DNA of 64,000 nucleotides from a virus, in IMG/VR virus record IMGVR_UViG_3300031715_000001, positions 32,001 through 96,000 of that record. One strand, given 5' to 3'. Every line of letters begins with the position of its first letter. Position 1 is the first letter of the stretch. Shown here in pieces: positions 1 through 8,037 of this stretch. The notes under the pieces are model-generated. The model was not told the origin of the DNA and searched no databases. It was given only the letters and a program-made list of their open reading frames with translations. A program made the position numbers and the translations under genes.

Positions 1-450
1 AACATAGGCCAGCTCGCGGTTGATCGTGCCGTTGGCCGGCCGCGGCTTGTGCTGGCGGCGCCAGGCGATGAAACGATCGATCTCGCTCGATGTCACATTC
101 GACGCCTTTATATTCCCGAACCAGGCGCGCAAGCCGGTTTCCTTTTCGATCATGTATTTCAGGTCGTAGGTGGTCCGCCGTTCCTTTTTGGCGTACCAGG
201 CCAGCAACAAGTCAAACAGATCGCCCATGCGGACGCGCTCGGGCTCCCCGCCTATCTGTGTGGCGAGTCCCGCCATTTGACGGCGCAGGAACTTGATCGC
301 TTCGTCCCGGTTCTCGGTTCCGGTAGCTACTTCCCGCCGTTCACCGTTGACGTAATATCTTGCATACCAGACTTTGGTTTTTGTGAAATCACCTTCCCGT
401 GTTCTATAACGACGCTGTATCACTGTTCCCGAGGCTAATTTATTAGGCAT
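1..450 (-). CDS. int: Phage tyrosine integrase, N-terminal 150 aa (runs off the window start)
   Basis: Manual translation from ATG 450 gives MPNKLASGTVIQRRYRT...KVWYARYYVNGERREVATGT...EIDRFIAWRRQ...PANGTINRELAYV, i.e. an arm-binding beta-sheet plus core-binding domain with the TINREL motif. Lies downstream of xis. Not in the ORF track because it is truncated. Confidence 0.85.
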   Translation of the reverse strand, partial: MPNKLASGTVIQRRYRTREGDFTKTKVWYARYYVNGERREVATGTENRDEAIKFLRRQMAGLATQIGGEPERVRMGDLFDLLLAWYAKKERRTTYDLKYMIEKETGLRAWFGNIKASNVTSSEIDRFIAWRRQHKPRPANGTINRELAYV

Positions 451-1394
451 TAATTAGGCCTCAAGTTTTGTACGTCTCGCGCCAATCTGGCATATGGCGC
501 GTTGGGGATCAGCCACCCTTCATCCCTTGTGGGCGACCGGTGAATGATCGCCGGCCTAGCCCATTTGCGTTGAAAGTTTTCCCATTCTGGACCGGGTCGG
601 TGCTTCTCCGCGCTTTGCGTTTCCGGTTGCCAAAGCATCGCGTGTGGCGTGAAGCCGATCGCCACCATGTCGCTGAGCCTTTTCTCCGCGAGCGTGAACG
701 TGTCCTTGGGATAGCCGATCAGCACATAACACCGTAGCCGATGCGAGCAGGCCGTAAATCCCGCTGCCAGCATCCGATCAGCAGCACTCTTCAGCGTTTC
801 GAATGGGTCTCCGGGATCATAAGCGAAAAAACAATTCGGTCGCGGCTTCAAGTCCGCGAGTAGCCCGACCTGATAATCCTGGAGGGCTAAAGCTTCTAGG
901 CCGCCGGTGAATTCGACACGCCGCCCTTGACGCGCCAGCATGGCGAACACCGCACGCACATGAGGTTCTGGGCAGGCGAGCAGGTTATCGTCGAGAATGT
1001 TCCAACCGTCCTGGATTTGGAGCAATCGCGGAACTGGGTCACGCTTCCAGACTGAACAAAACCAGCAACGCCTCGGGCAGCCACGAGATGTAAAAGTGTA
1101 GCCATGCTTGATGTATCGGCCAGGAACGAACTCGCGACCAGGATCGCCGTATGCAACGCCGCCAATCTTTACTGGCGCGATATGCGTCCATTGCTCCGCT
1201 AAAGTCTCCGCCTTGGGCTTGTCTAGCGTGAAGGTGACATCCAGATGAACTTCGTCGACCCCGGAGAAGGCTTCGGGGAAAAGATTCGGCGGCGGACCGT
1301 AGAAGGCCAGCGCATCATCAGGCGTCGCCTTGTTCCTTCGCGGAAACACGCGGGCCAATTTACGCTCCGAACTTTCCAGTTGAACCAAAGCCAA
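450..1394 (-). CDS. Radical SAM protein (cargo of hairpin cassette 473-1438)
   Basis: FTSRGCPRRCWFC (CxxxCxxC), ILDDNLL and CYVLIGY motifs. Track ORF is 450..1505; the likelier start is TTG 1394, after the GGGGGAG SD supplied by the element. Confidence 0.85.
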   Translation of the reverse strand: MALVQLESSERKLARVFPRRNKATPDDALAFYGPPPNLFPEAFSGVDEVHLDVTFTLDKPKAETLAEQWTHIAPVKIGGVAYGDPGREFVPGRYIKHGYTFTSRGCPRRCWFCSVWKRDPVPRLLQIQDGWNILDDNLLACPEPHVRAVFAMLARQGRRVEFTGGLEALALQDYQVGLLADLKPRPNCFFAYDPGDPFETLKSAADRMLAAGFTACSHRLRCYVLIGYPKDTFTLAEKRLSDMVAIGFTPHAMLWQPETQSAEKHRPGPEWENFQRKWARPAIIHRSPTRDEGWLIPNAPYARLARDVQNLRPN

Positions 1395-1438
1395 CGCTAG
1401 TCTCCCCCAGCGCCGCAACTCCAGGGCGGCGCGAAACG
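473..1438. mobile_element. Hairpin-bounded cassette 1 (radical SAM gene) between xis and int
   Basis: Left CGTCTCGCGCCA-ATCTGGCATA-TGGCGCGTTGGGG (473-507); right inverted copy 1404-1438. Outer flanks GTTTTGTA and TACAAAAC are also complementary. Confidence 0.7.
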
Positions 1439-1467
1439 TACAAAACCGTTCTTGAAATTCATTCGCA

Positions 1468-1869
1468 TCAGGAGGCCACTTTGTTTCTGGCGATCCAGTT
1501 ATCAAGATCCTGGATGTCGAGTCTGGTTACTTTAATCTTCGGTGGCTTTACGGCCCGTAATTCCTCCGAGGCGATCATGTTGTAGATTGTCGGAACGCTA
1601 AATCCGAGGTAGGTCGCCGCCTCTTCCACAGTCAACAATCTTTTGTTCGTGGCCTCGCTCATGTTGAGCGCTTTTTTTACGCCGGCTTCGGCGGCACGAG
1701 CGATGATCTCCTCGAAAGCATCGTAGAGACCTGTTGGACGCGCGTTACCTTTGGGCTGACCGTTGCGGCCGCGCTTGGTCTCTCGCACCAGCACCTCACC
1801 ATGATACTCGGGAGTCGAAGCGCCTGACGACTCGGATGACGGCGGAGCTGAACCGGAACTGCGGTCCAT
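1468..1869 (-). CDS. xis: Excisionase-family HTH protein
   Basis: LLTVEEAATYLGFSVPTIYNMIASEEL...DLDNWI; upstream of the integrase. True start probably internal. Confidence 0.8.
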   Translation of the reverse strand: MDRSSGSAPPSSESSGASTPEYHGEVLVRETKRGRNGQPKGNARPTGLYDAFEEIIARAAEAGVKKALNMSEATNKRLLTVEEAATYLGFSVPTIYNMIASEELRAVKPPKIKVTRLDIQDLDNWIARNKVAS

Positions 1870-1944
1870 GCAAGAACCTTCTTCCTACGCCCCTCCCCAG
1901 GGGAAGTTTATTTCAGCCATTGCGCGGTCTTTATGCCGCGTCTT

Positions 1945-2133
1945 CTACTTTGTCAAACACTGCAAGGCCCCGATCGGGTCCACGAAACACGTATCTTGAG
2001 AGAGCGACTGGCTTAAAAGTACAGCGATGAGACCCAGCAGAATTGCTGGTACCGACGTGATTAACCAGAGTTGAAAGTTTGAACGACGCTCCAGCCAATG
2101 CGCTAGTTTCGATGTCTTTTCCGAGAGCATCAT
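1945..2133 (-). CDS. Small membrane protein
   Basis: One hydrophobic helix; start overlaps the upstream stop. Confidence 0.5.
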   Translation of the reverse strand: MMLSEKTSKLAHWLERRSNFQLWLITSVPAILLGLIAVLLSQSLSQDTCFVDPIGALQCLTK

Positions 2134-2591
2134 ACAACAGCCGATTCTTCCATTTTCCCGTTTCGCGCGCTCCTGTCAACGCGCGCGTTGAAGATTGCGG
2201 GCTCTTCCCGAGCGCTCCGCTCATTATCCCGGAGTCTCAGTTCCGCCCGGACCATAGGAATCAAGCGGCAGCGGCGCTCGGCATCGTCTTTCCCTAGGGA
2301 GCCAAAGGCGCGTTCAGCTTCGCCAGCTCCTTCCAACATGCGCGCTCGACATAGATGATCGAGGAAGCGAGCAAATTCTGGATTATTCTGGTATTCTCTA
2401 ACGAAGGCGACGCCAGCGGCATAGGCCGGTCGCAAAGCGTGTGATGCGGTGCGGCTTCCGATTAAGCAGCAGCAACTATAGAAACCGAGCTTGCCATCCT
2501 GGGCGTGGGCGAGTAACGCAGCCAACCAGGAATCCGGTCCGGATCTCAGCCAGGCGCGGATAGGAATCTTGAGTTCTTGAATTCTGGTCAC
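2130..2591 (-). CDS. Hypothetical protein, paralog of 32641-33123
   Basis: Shares LRSGPDSWLAALLAHAQDGKLGFYSCCC with 32641-33123; its 3' end reads into the element at 2159-2190. Confidence 0.7.
   Translation of the reverse strand: MTRIQELKIPIRAWLRSGPDSWLAALLAHAQDGKLGFYSCCCLIGSRTASHALRPAYAAGVAFVREYQNNPEFARFLDHLCRARMLEGAGEAERAFGSLGKDDAERRCRLIPMVRAELRLRDNERSAREEPAIFNARVDRSARNGKMEESAVV
2159..2190 (+). repeat. Hairpin element (no clear partner)
   Basis: CGTTTCGCGCGC-TCCTGTCAAC-GCGCGCGTTG. Confidence 0.75.
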
Positions 2592-3016
2592 GCCGCACCT
2601 TCCTCTTCCCGCATATCTCTGTCAAGTTTCCGGATATCATCATCCGCGCAACGAGCCGCTGGGCGATCTGCGTAATAAGGGCATCGTTGGTGCAGGTGCA
2701 GGATCGCCGCCACGCGCTCGGTCAATGTGAGATGAACTTTTCTCACGTTGCGGACTTCCGATTCCTTCACGCCGTGGCTGATCGCGATCGCCTGTTCACC
2801 GAGACCCGCTTTCAGATCCGCGAGGATGCTGTGGCGCAGCGCCTCGCTTAGTAAAGCAGTTCTCTTGTTTTGAGCGATATAGGCGGAACGGCGTCGAGGT
2901 TTTCGCGGCGCTGTGTTATTCTGCTCCGCGTGATGGTTGGCTTTTTCGGAGGGCACTGTCACTTCCGGGGCGCTTTCTAAGGGCGCTCCGGATTGATCTT
3001 TGAAATTTGCGTTCAC
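2588..3016 (-). CDS. Hypothetical, possibly HTH DNA-binding protein
   Basis: ILADLKAGLGEQAIAISHGVKESEV resembles an HTH; coupled to neighbours. Confidence 0.5.
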   Translation of the reverse strand: MNANFKDQSGAPLESAPEVTVPSEKANHHAEQNNTAPRKPRRRSAYIAQNKRTALLSEALRHSILADLKAGLGEQAIAISHGVKESEVRNVRKVHLTLTERVAAILHLHQRCPYYADRPAARCADDDIRKLDRDMREEEGAA

Positions 3017-3249
3017 GCAGCCGTTCCTTGTTCCGCCCGTTCCTGCTCTAACAGGGCGAGCGCTTCAGCGAGAGCTGCGTCGAGAATCCGCCGGGCCCGC
3101 GCCGACGCGGAACCTCTGCGACCGCGCAAAACATCAGTGACGTACATCGCGTTTGCTTCGGCCTGGGCTGCAATCCTAACCATAGAACCGCGATGTCTTT
3201 GCAGTATTTTCCTCATCTCACTTCTCGTGAGAGATTGCCTTTCAGTCAT
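3013..3249 (-). CDS. Cro-like HTH regulator
   Basis: 78 aa, SMVRIAAQAEANAMYVTDVLRGRR; divergent from the RHH regulator. Confidence 0.6.
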   Translation of the reverse strand: MTERQSLTRSEMRKILQRHRGSMVRIAAQAEANAMYVTDVLRGRRGSASARARRILDAALAEALALLEQERAEQGTAA

Positions 3250-3286
3250 AACTTGATCTACGCTTATCTACGCCTAGACATGGAAC

Positions 3287-3329
3287 AGTATAAGAGATTC
3301 CCTGTTTCCCTTGCAATAGGGAAATAGGG
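3287..3329 (-). promoter_or_regulatory. Sigma70-like promoter overlapped by a palindromic operator
   Basis: Minus strand TTGCAA-N18-TATACT (3316-3287); inverted repeat CCCTGTTTCCCT-N6-AGGGAAATAGGG (3300-3329). Confidence 0.55.
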
Positions 3330-3388
3330 TGAGTGGCTCAGTTTTTTGGTGTCTATCTCTTATGCGCATGATTTGAAAGGGAAGATAG

Positions 3389-3847
3389 GTGCCTAAAAAA
3401 TCCGCGCTCCCGCCTGGTATGGTGATGCTGAGTGCCGAGGTACCAGAGAGCCTGCGAAGGCGACTCAATGGAATTGCCGGCAATCAAGGTATCGCCGCCA
3501 AAGATATCGTCACCGAAGCGCTGGAGCAATGGCTGTCCCTGGGAGCGGAAAAAAATATTGACTCCTCTGTAACAAACGATCAGAATAAGTCGTTGATTAT
3601 TCCTCAGCAATTGTTCGGGGAATTAGCGCAACAATTAGCTAGTACTATTTCACGTTCGATTCGCGAAGTTATGCGTGAGGAGCTGAAGGCTTTTTCGACG
3701 GGACCGGGCTCGCATGAAAGTAGTAACACTGCCGCAAAAGCGCTTGCCTCAGCGGAAAAGGCTCGTATTGCAAGAGACTCTGCTCGGAATCTTGGAGTCC
3801 CAAAGTCTAGTAGACGAAGCAAAGGCTCAGGTCTTAAAAGAGCTTGA
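3389..3847 (+). CDS. Ribbon-helix-helix regulator (candidate repressor)
   Basis: MLSAEVPESLRRRLNGIAGNQGIAAKDIVTEALEQWL is an RHH pattern. Confidence 0.65.
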   Translation: MPKKSALPPGMVMLSAEVPESLRRRLNGIAGNQGIAAKDIVTEALEQWLSLGAEKNIDSSVTNDQNKSLIIPQQLFGELAQQLASTISRSIREVMREELKAFSTGPGSHESSNTAAKALASAEKARIARDSARNLGVPKSSRRSKGSGLKRA

Positions 3848-3941
3848 GGCGGGCGCCGAGATCGAGCCTGGCTATCACCGCGCACGGATCAAGAAATCAA
3901 TAAAAGGCGGCAGGATAATTCGAACGCTACTTGTTCGATAA
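3714..3941 (+). CDS. Small basic hypothetical protein overlapping the RHH gene
   Basis: Protein-like composition (VLKELEAGAEIEPG); 134-nt out-of-frame overlap. Confidence 0.45.
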   Translation: MKVVTLPQKRLPQRKRLVLQETLLGILESQSLVDEAKAQVLKELEAGAEIEPGYHRARIKKSIKGGRIIRTLLVR

Positions 3942-4237
3942 TCCCGCACACTACCCCACGCATCCCGGTCCGCCGGCGCTCCCCGGAGGGCGAACGGCCC
4001 AGAGTCAACAGCCTACGTTCCGTAGTTGAGAAGAGCCTCGATTCCAAAAAACACCAGGACTCCAGTACTTCCGGTAACTTCAGTAACTCTAGTACCCCAA
4101 TATGGGCGACTCCAGTTCGGACTTCGAAGTTCCAGTAAGGTATTACTTCTCTCTTACTGAAAAATAAAAGCTAGCTAGCTAAGCTGAGCCTCAAAGTTCT
4201 CATGAGAAAAGAAAGGCAACGCAACGCAAGATCAGCT

Positions 4238-4369
4238 CGTCCGCACCCTCCTGTCAACGGGTGCGAGCACTCATGTCGGGGGGCCCGTGCAGTCCGGTCA
4301 TGTGCACGCAGATCCGGGTTTTCGGGCGCGAGTCCCCAACGTGCCGCAACTCCAGGGCGGCACGAGACG
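4238..4369. mobile_element. Minimal, gene-less hairpin cassette
   Basis: Left CGTCCGCACCC-TCCTGTCAAC-GGGTGCG (4238-4266); reverse TGACCGGACTGC (4289-4300); right CCCCAACGTGCCG-CAACTCCAGGG-CGGCACGAGACG (4334-4369). Confidence 0.6.
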
Positions 4370-4428
4370 ATGGAAATCCCAAATAAACTTGCTTGCAATC
4401 GGAAATTAACAGGGGTAAAATTTATTCC

Positions 4429-4779
4429 ATGCCACGAAGACCAGCCGCCTCCGCTCAACAGCCCCAGAATAATAACCTGACCACGCCAGCGAAACGCCGC
4501 GGTCGACAGCCTGGTTGGAGAAAGAACGCAGCCGGAACGACGCTCCACACTCACTCTGGCGAGGCTACCATCGAGGAATTATTGGAACAGATCTTCCCGG
4601 CCACATTGCTGGGGATGATCACTACGCACATGGCGGACTTGATAAACCGTGGCAAACTGAACGGGTCCAAACTTGCCGATCTCGTGGCGCAGCACAAGGC
4701 GAGCGTGGAGAGCTATTTTGGGACCGTCGAACACATGGCCAAGAACGTCAAAGCCAAGGCCATGAGCGCTGCAGCCTAA
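4429..4779 (+). CDS. Hypothetical protein with AT-hook-like motif
   Basis: KRRGRQPG motif; ATG at 4429. Confidence 0.55.
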   Translation: MPRRPAASAQQPQNNNLTTPAKRRGRQPGWRKNAAGTTLHTHSGEATIEELLEQIFPATLLGMITTHMADLINRGKLNGSKLADLVAQHKASVESYFGTVEHMAKNVKAKAMSAAA

Positions 4780-4781
4780 GG

Positions 4782-5150
4782 TCAGGCAAGCTTCCGGTAC
4801 GTGATGGTCACGTACACGGGGACATCAGGCGGAACTTCCTGACCGGCCAACAGGTAGCGTTTCGCTTTCTGGATATCGAGTCCGTATTCAACATCCAGTA
4901 CTTCAAAACCCTGCAACCCGAATGCGTTCGCTTTCTTGGCGATCTCTCGAAACACCGTTGGAAGATTAACGATGCCGGCGGGTACGCGAACCCGCTCCTG
5001 GAATACGCCTATCCGCTCCTCGGTGTGCCAGCGATGACAATTTCCGCAGAAGAGTTGCTCGACGTCGTTCGAATTATGCGAAGTCAGTCCGCAGCGCAGG
5101 CATTTGATAGCCGATCGGCCGTCACTGGTTATTAGTTCGTAGGTCATCAT
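4782..5150 (-). CDS. Hypothetical Zn-ribbon protein
   Basis: CLRC...FCGNCH. Confidence 0.6.
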   Translation of the reverse strand: MMTYELITSDGRSAIKCLRCGLTSHNSNDVEQLFCGNCHRWHTEERIGVFQERVRVPAGIVNLPTVFREIAKKANAFGLQGFEVLDVEYGLDIQKAKRYLLAGQEVPPDVPVYVTITYRKLA

Positions 5151-5193
5151 CGACTATTCAGAGCTTTCTTCCGTCTCGTGCTGAACTGAGGTT

Positions 5194-5520
5194 TCAGCAC
5201 GTTGGGGACTCGTTCTTTTGAACGCCCGAGCGGAAATGGGCGATCTTCTCGAAACAGTATTGATGGAATTGGGCCTGCTCCATCGCTTTTCCTTCACCCC
5301 GAAATAAGATCATCGGTATGCGATCCCGGCATAGATCGCAATCATCACAGTATTCCGAATGTTCGTCCCATCTCGGGTCATCTTCTGCGACACCAATGGG
5401 AAGGTCACAGAAGGCGCAGCGGCACTCCGGATCGGTGCAGCCGGCATTCCCGCAGGAGCCTCGCTTCGACCAGCGTATAGCCGCGATGTAGGCGGGATGA
5501 ATCGTGAAACCTGCGATCAT
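5194..5520 (-). CDS. Cys-rich hypothetical protein (cargo)
   Basis: Several CxxC motifs; ATG 5520 coupled to the upstream stop; ends inside the element. Confidence 0.6.
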   Translation of the reverse strand: MIAGFTIHPAYIAAIRWSKRGSCGNAGCTDPECRCAFCDLPIGVAEDDPRWDEHSEYCDDCDLCRDRIPMILFRGEGKAMEQAQFHQYCFEKIAHFRSGVQKNESPTC

Positions 5521-5813
5521 CGGAGTACCGGGCGTCGCTTTGGTAGCCGGCGGATTTCTTCCTGCAAACGCGAGATCTCCGTCCACAGGGCCTCATTGCG
5601 CTTGAGCATCTCGATACCATATTCGGGGATAACGAAGAGCTCGTCGGTCAGCAGATTTGTGAGCAACAGACTTCCACAAAGTCCGCAAATGTAGGGCGCG
5701 AATTGGGGCACCGTGTTCGGTACTTTCCCCCAGGGCACCGCTGCCAGAGCATCGGGTTCGCCGTCACATTTGGGGCACGGATACATATAAACGAAGGGGC
5801 GGCCTAAACTCAC
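5517..5813 (-). CDS. Zn-ribbon protein (cargo)
   Basis: CPKC...CGLC. Confidence 0.6.
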   Translation of the reverse strand: MSLGRPFVYMYPCPKCDGEPDALAAVPWGKVPNTVPQFAPYICGLCGSLLLTNLLTDELFVIPEYGIEMLKRNEALWTEISRLQEEIRRLPKRRPVLR

Positions 5814-6061
5814 AGTAGTTCAACTTCGATCGTATCTCCCGGCGCTGTAGTCATGACCAGAGTTAATTCATCTACCCGGTCAATAACCGCCGCAATCTTC
5901 TGCTTGGCCCGCTCATCGCCTCGCCCAAAGAAATCGCTCATGATACCGAGAATGTCCTGCTTGGCGATATGGGGAACAGTGACGCGGAGACGTAGTTTCT
6001 TGTTCTGACCTGGCGCGTTCAGTATCCACGCGAAGGCAATCAACGCCAAACGTCGGGTCAT
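5810..6061 (-). CDS. Hypothetical protein (cargo)
   Basis: SD GGGGGAGAGG comes from the element end. Confidence 0.55.
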   Translation of the reverse strand: MTRRLALIAFAWILNAPGQNKKLRLRVTVPHIAKQDILGIMSDFFGRGDERAKQKIAAVIDRVDELTLVMTTAPGDTIEVELL

Positions 6062-6112
6062 AGCATCCTCTCCCCCAGCGCGGCGACTCCAGGGCCGCGC
6101 GAAACGTTCAAT

Positions 6113-6508
6113 TCATTTCCTTCTGACCGTAACCAGACAATTCATTCGACTCAGATCATGTCCCGGATACTGGTTTAATTCGCCGGCGAGTTCGTTATAG
6201 TCAGAGCAAAGACTTCGCCATTCCCGCATGGCTCTTACTGCTGTGGCATTGGATCGTTGGGTATTTGAATTCGCTTCATCGACCAGTTTACGGAAGGATC
6301 CGACAGTTGCTTCGTTGCGGGCCATTACTTCGTCAACCTGCTTGTTGAGCCCGTCGAACTTCCCGTTCAGCTCCTTGAATAGCCTGCCGTATTCAACGAC
6401 CTCGTGCGTGAGCGGCCGCACTTCAATCCAGTTGCAGAGGTTCCAGCCCATGAATAGCCAGGCTATGGAGCTTGTGAAATATCGGAAGAGACCAAACCGG
6501 GAACTCAC
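6113..6508 (-). CDS. Membrane-anchored coiled-coil protein
   Basis: N-terminal TM helix followed by a heptad-like region. Confidence 0.5.
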   Translation of the reverse strand: MSSRFGLFRYFTSSIAWLFMGWNLCNWIEVRPLTHEVVEYGRLFKELNGKFDGLNKQVDEVMARNEATVGSFRKLVDEANSNTQRSNATAVRAMREWRSLCSDYNELAGELNQYPGHDLSRMNCLVTVRRK

Positions 6509-6960
6509 GAGGCCTGTCGCTCCGCCTCCCTTGTCGAACTCTCCATGGATTTCCTTCGGCGCGCCGATTCAATGTAACATTCCCGGAAGAACACCAAGGT
6601 TCGGCTGGCCGCTTGCCTAATACCAATTGCCAGTGGTCCCACGATGTACTCCTCCGATCCCAGTTGGGCGACGTACTTCCCGTTCCGAATGGATAACTGA
6701 GGCTTCTCGGTCAGCCGCGCGATCACGGCGTTCAGATCGATTCCATAGTGAGCCTCGAATTTACGCCGGCCTTTGTCCAAAGCGAATTTGTCGATTCTGT
6801 GATGCAGATGGCATAGCGGAACAACTTGAGTGTCTGACGCCTTCTGGGACGTTCCGTGTGGCCCTACATGACAAGGGTCAACCCATCGTTGGCAACCGTG
6901 TACAAGGCACGGTAATGATTTTATGAACGCGAGATGAGACTTGTTACGTGATGGCTTCAT
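6505..6960 (-). CDS. Ref/DUF968-like HNH-type nuclease
   Basis: HLAFIKSLPCLVHGC...HV...KASD...VPLCHLHH. Confidence 0.7.
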   Translation of the reverse strand: MKPSRNKSHLAFIKSLPCLVHGCQRWVDPCHVGPHGTSQKASDTQVVPLCHLHHRIDKFALDKGRRKFEAHYGIDLNAVIARLTEKPQLSIRNGKYVAQLGSEEYIVGPLAIGIRQAASRTLVFFRECYIESARRRKSMESSTREAERQAS

Positions 6961-7005
6961 TTACTGTTTCGATTCTTTTTACCAAGGAGTCCCTCAGACA
7001 AACTG

Positions 7006-7293
7006 TCACGTCCCTGAAGCTGGCTCAGAGCTATCAGGCGAGTTGCTTACAACCGGGCTCGATTCGGGATCTTCGTGGCCTGGACACCCGGTTTCATAGC
7101 TGAAGCCCTCGCATTGCCCGTAGGGCAGAACTTTCCTGCCTAACACGAGCTGATCCAGGAGCATGTCCTTGGCTTCGTCTGCGGTCAGTTTCCGTCCGTC
7201 GTCATCACGGAACATTCCATCGAACTCGCCAGAGAGCATGTGGCTCTTTAGAAACCCCCGGATATCAAGGCATATGTGTACGGTTTTGGTCAT
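7006..7293 (-). CDS. Hypothetical phage protein
   Basis: CEGFSYETGCPGH C-terminal motif; in operon context. Confidence 0.6.
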   Translation of the reverse strand: MTKTVHICLDIRGFLKSHMLSGEFDGMFRDDDGRKLTADEAKDMLLDQLVLGRKVLPYGQCEGFSYETGCPGHEDPESSPVVSNSPDSSEPASGT

Positions 7294-7296
7294 CGT

Positions 7297-7518
7297 TTAT
7301 TGCTCTAAGTCCCGTATTGGTTCGTCGTACTCGAAAACACCACGCACTTCGCAATCGGCGATCCGATCAAAGCCAGAATCGTCCACTGATTCCGGTGGAA
7401 GAAAGATATCGACCTCAACCCGCAAGTTTTCGGCAATCTCGCGGGCCTCGTCAGCCGTGTTCGCCTCGACCAGGATGGAACTTGTGCCACTGATATTAAG
7501 TTCAACTTCCCATTTCAT
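7297..7518 (-). CDS. Hypothetical phage protein
   Basis: VEANTADEAREIA motif common in small phage proteins. Confidence 0.6.
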   Translation of the reverse strand: MKWEVELNISGTSSILVEANTADEAREIAENLRVEVDIFLPPESVDDSGFDRIADCEVRGVFEYDEPIRDLEQ

Positions 7519-7733
7519 TAGACCGGTCCTCCGGGATCAATCTCGGGCTCAAGACTTCGCTCGTATACCGGGACCAGGCGTGGCTTCGGGCTTGGATCGT
7601 CGTCCCATTTCACAAGCCAATCCCCCCGATACTTCGAGGGCGCGACGATGGTGCCGATGCGCTCTCTAACGATGGCTATGCCGGAGAACTTCTGCCGCAC
7701 CCGATCTCCTTGGGCGAATCGTTTCTCGCTCAT
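7518..7733 (-). CDS. SH3-like small protein
   Basis: FAQGDRVR...GTIV...WLVKWD. Confidence 0.55.
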   Translation of the reverse strand: MSEKRFAQGDRVRQKFSGIAIVRERIGTIVAPSKYRGDWLVKWDDDPSPKPRLVPVYERSLEPEIDPGGPV

Positions 7734-7764
7734 AAACGGATCGTCCGGTCATCGGCAGCCTCTT

Positions 7765-7796
7765 CACCGCGCCGTATGCCAGATCGGCGCGAGGCG
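7765..7796 (-). repeat. Hairpin element
   Basis: Minus strand CGCCTCGCGCCG-ATCTGGCATA-CGGCGCGGTG; loop identical to the 473 copy. Confidence 0.7.
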
Positions 7797-7809
7797 AAAG
7801 AGTGCTTCA

Positions 7810-8037
7810 TCATGATGTCACCGGCACACATGCCTCCAGCGCAACGCAGCCAGACTCGCCTTCGAGCCACACCACCGCCGTATGGCCAGAGAGCACAGAG
7901 GCTTCACTGCGCGTCTTCCGTAATCGGAACTCAGGGGCTCAAATCACTGGATGATATTCGACCATCGTTCCTACCGGATATTTCAAATTCCAGTTCTCGA
8001 CCTCGAGAATGAGCGTCTTCAGAGTGGGCTGTTTCAT
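7810..8037 (-). pseudogene. Small phage gene interrupted by an in-frame TGA
   Basis: MKQPTLK...NWNLKYPVGTMVEYHPVI*APEFRLRKTRSEASVLSGHTAVVWLEGESGCVALEAC; TGA at 7941-7939. Confidence 0.6.

Larger units (their letters stand above)
5172..6106. mobile_element. Hairpin-bounded cassette with three small genes
   Basis: Left CGTCTCGTGCTG-AACTGAGGTTT-CAGCACGTTGGGG (5172-5207); right inverted copy 6072-6106. Confidence 0.7.

Noticed and set aside
49-438. + strand 129-aa ORF
   Set aside because: Antisense shadow of the integrase.
3968-3997. CCGCCGGCGCTCCCCGGAGGGCGAACGG as the partner of the 2159 element
   Set aside because: Too degenerate (weak stem, no CAG loop) to call.
7009-7040. CGTC-tagged hairpin as the partner of the 7765 element
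   Set aside because: It can fold, but its stem, loop and tail do not fit the consensus; left unassigned.
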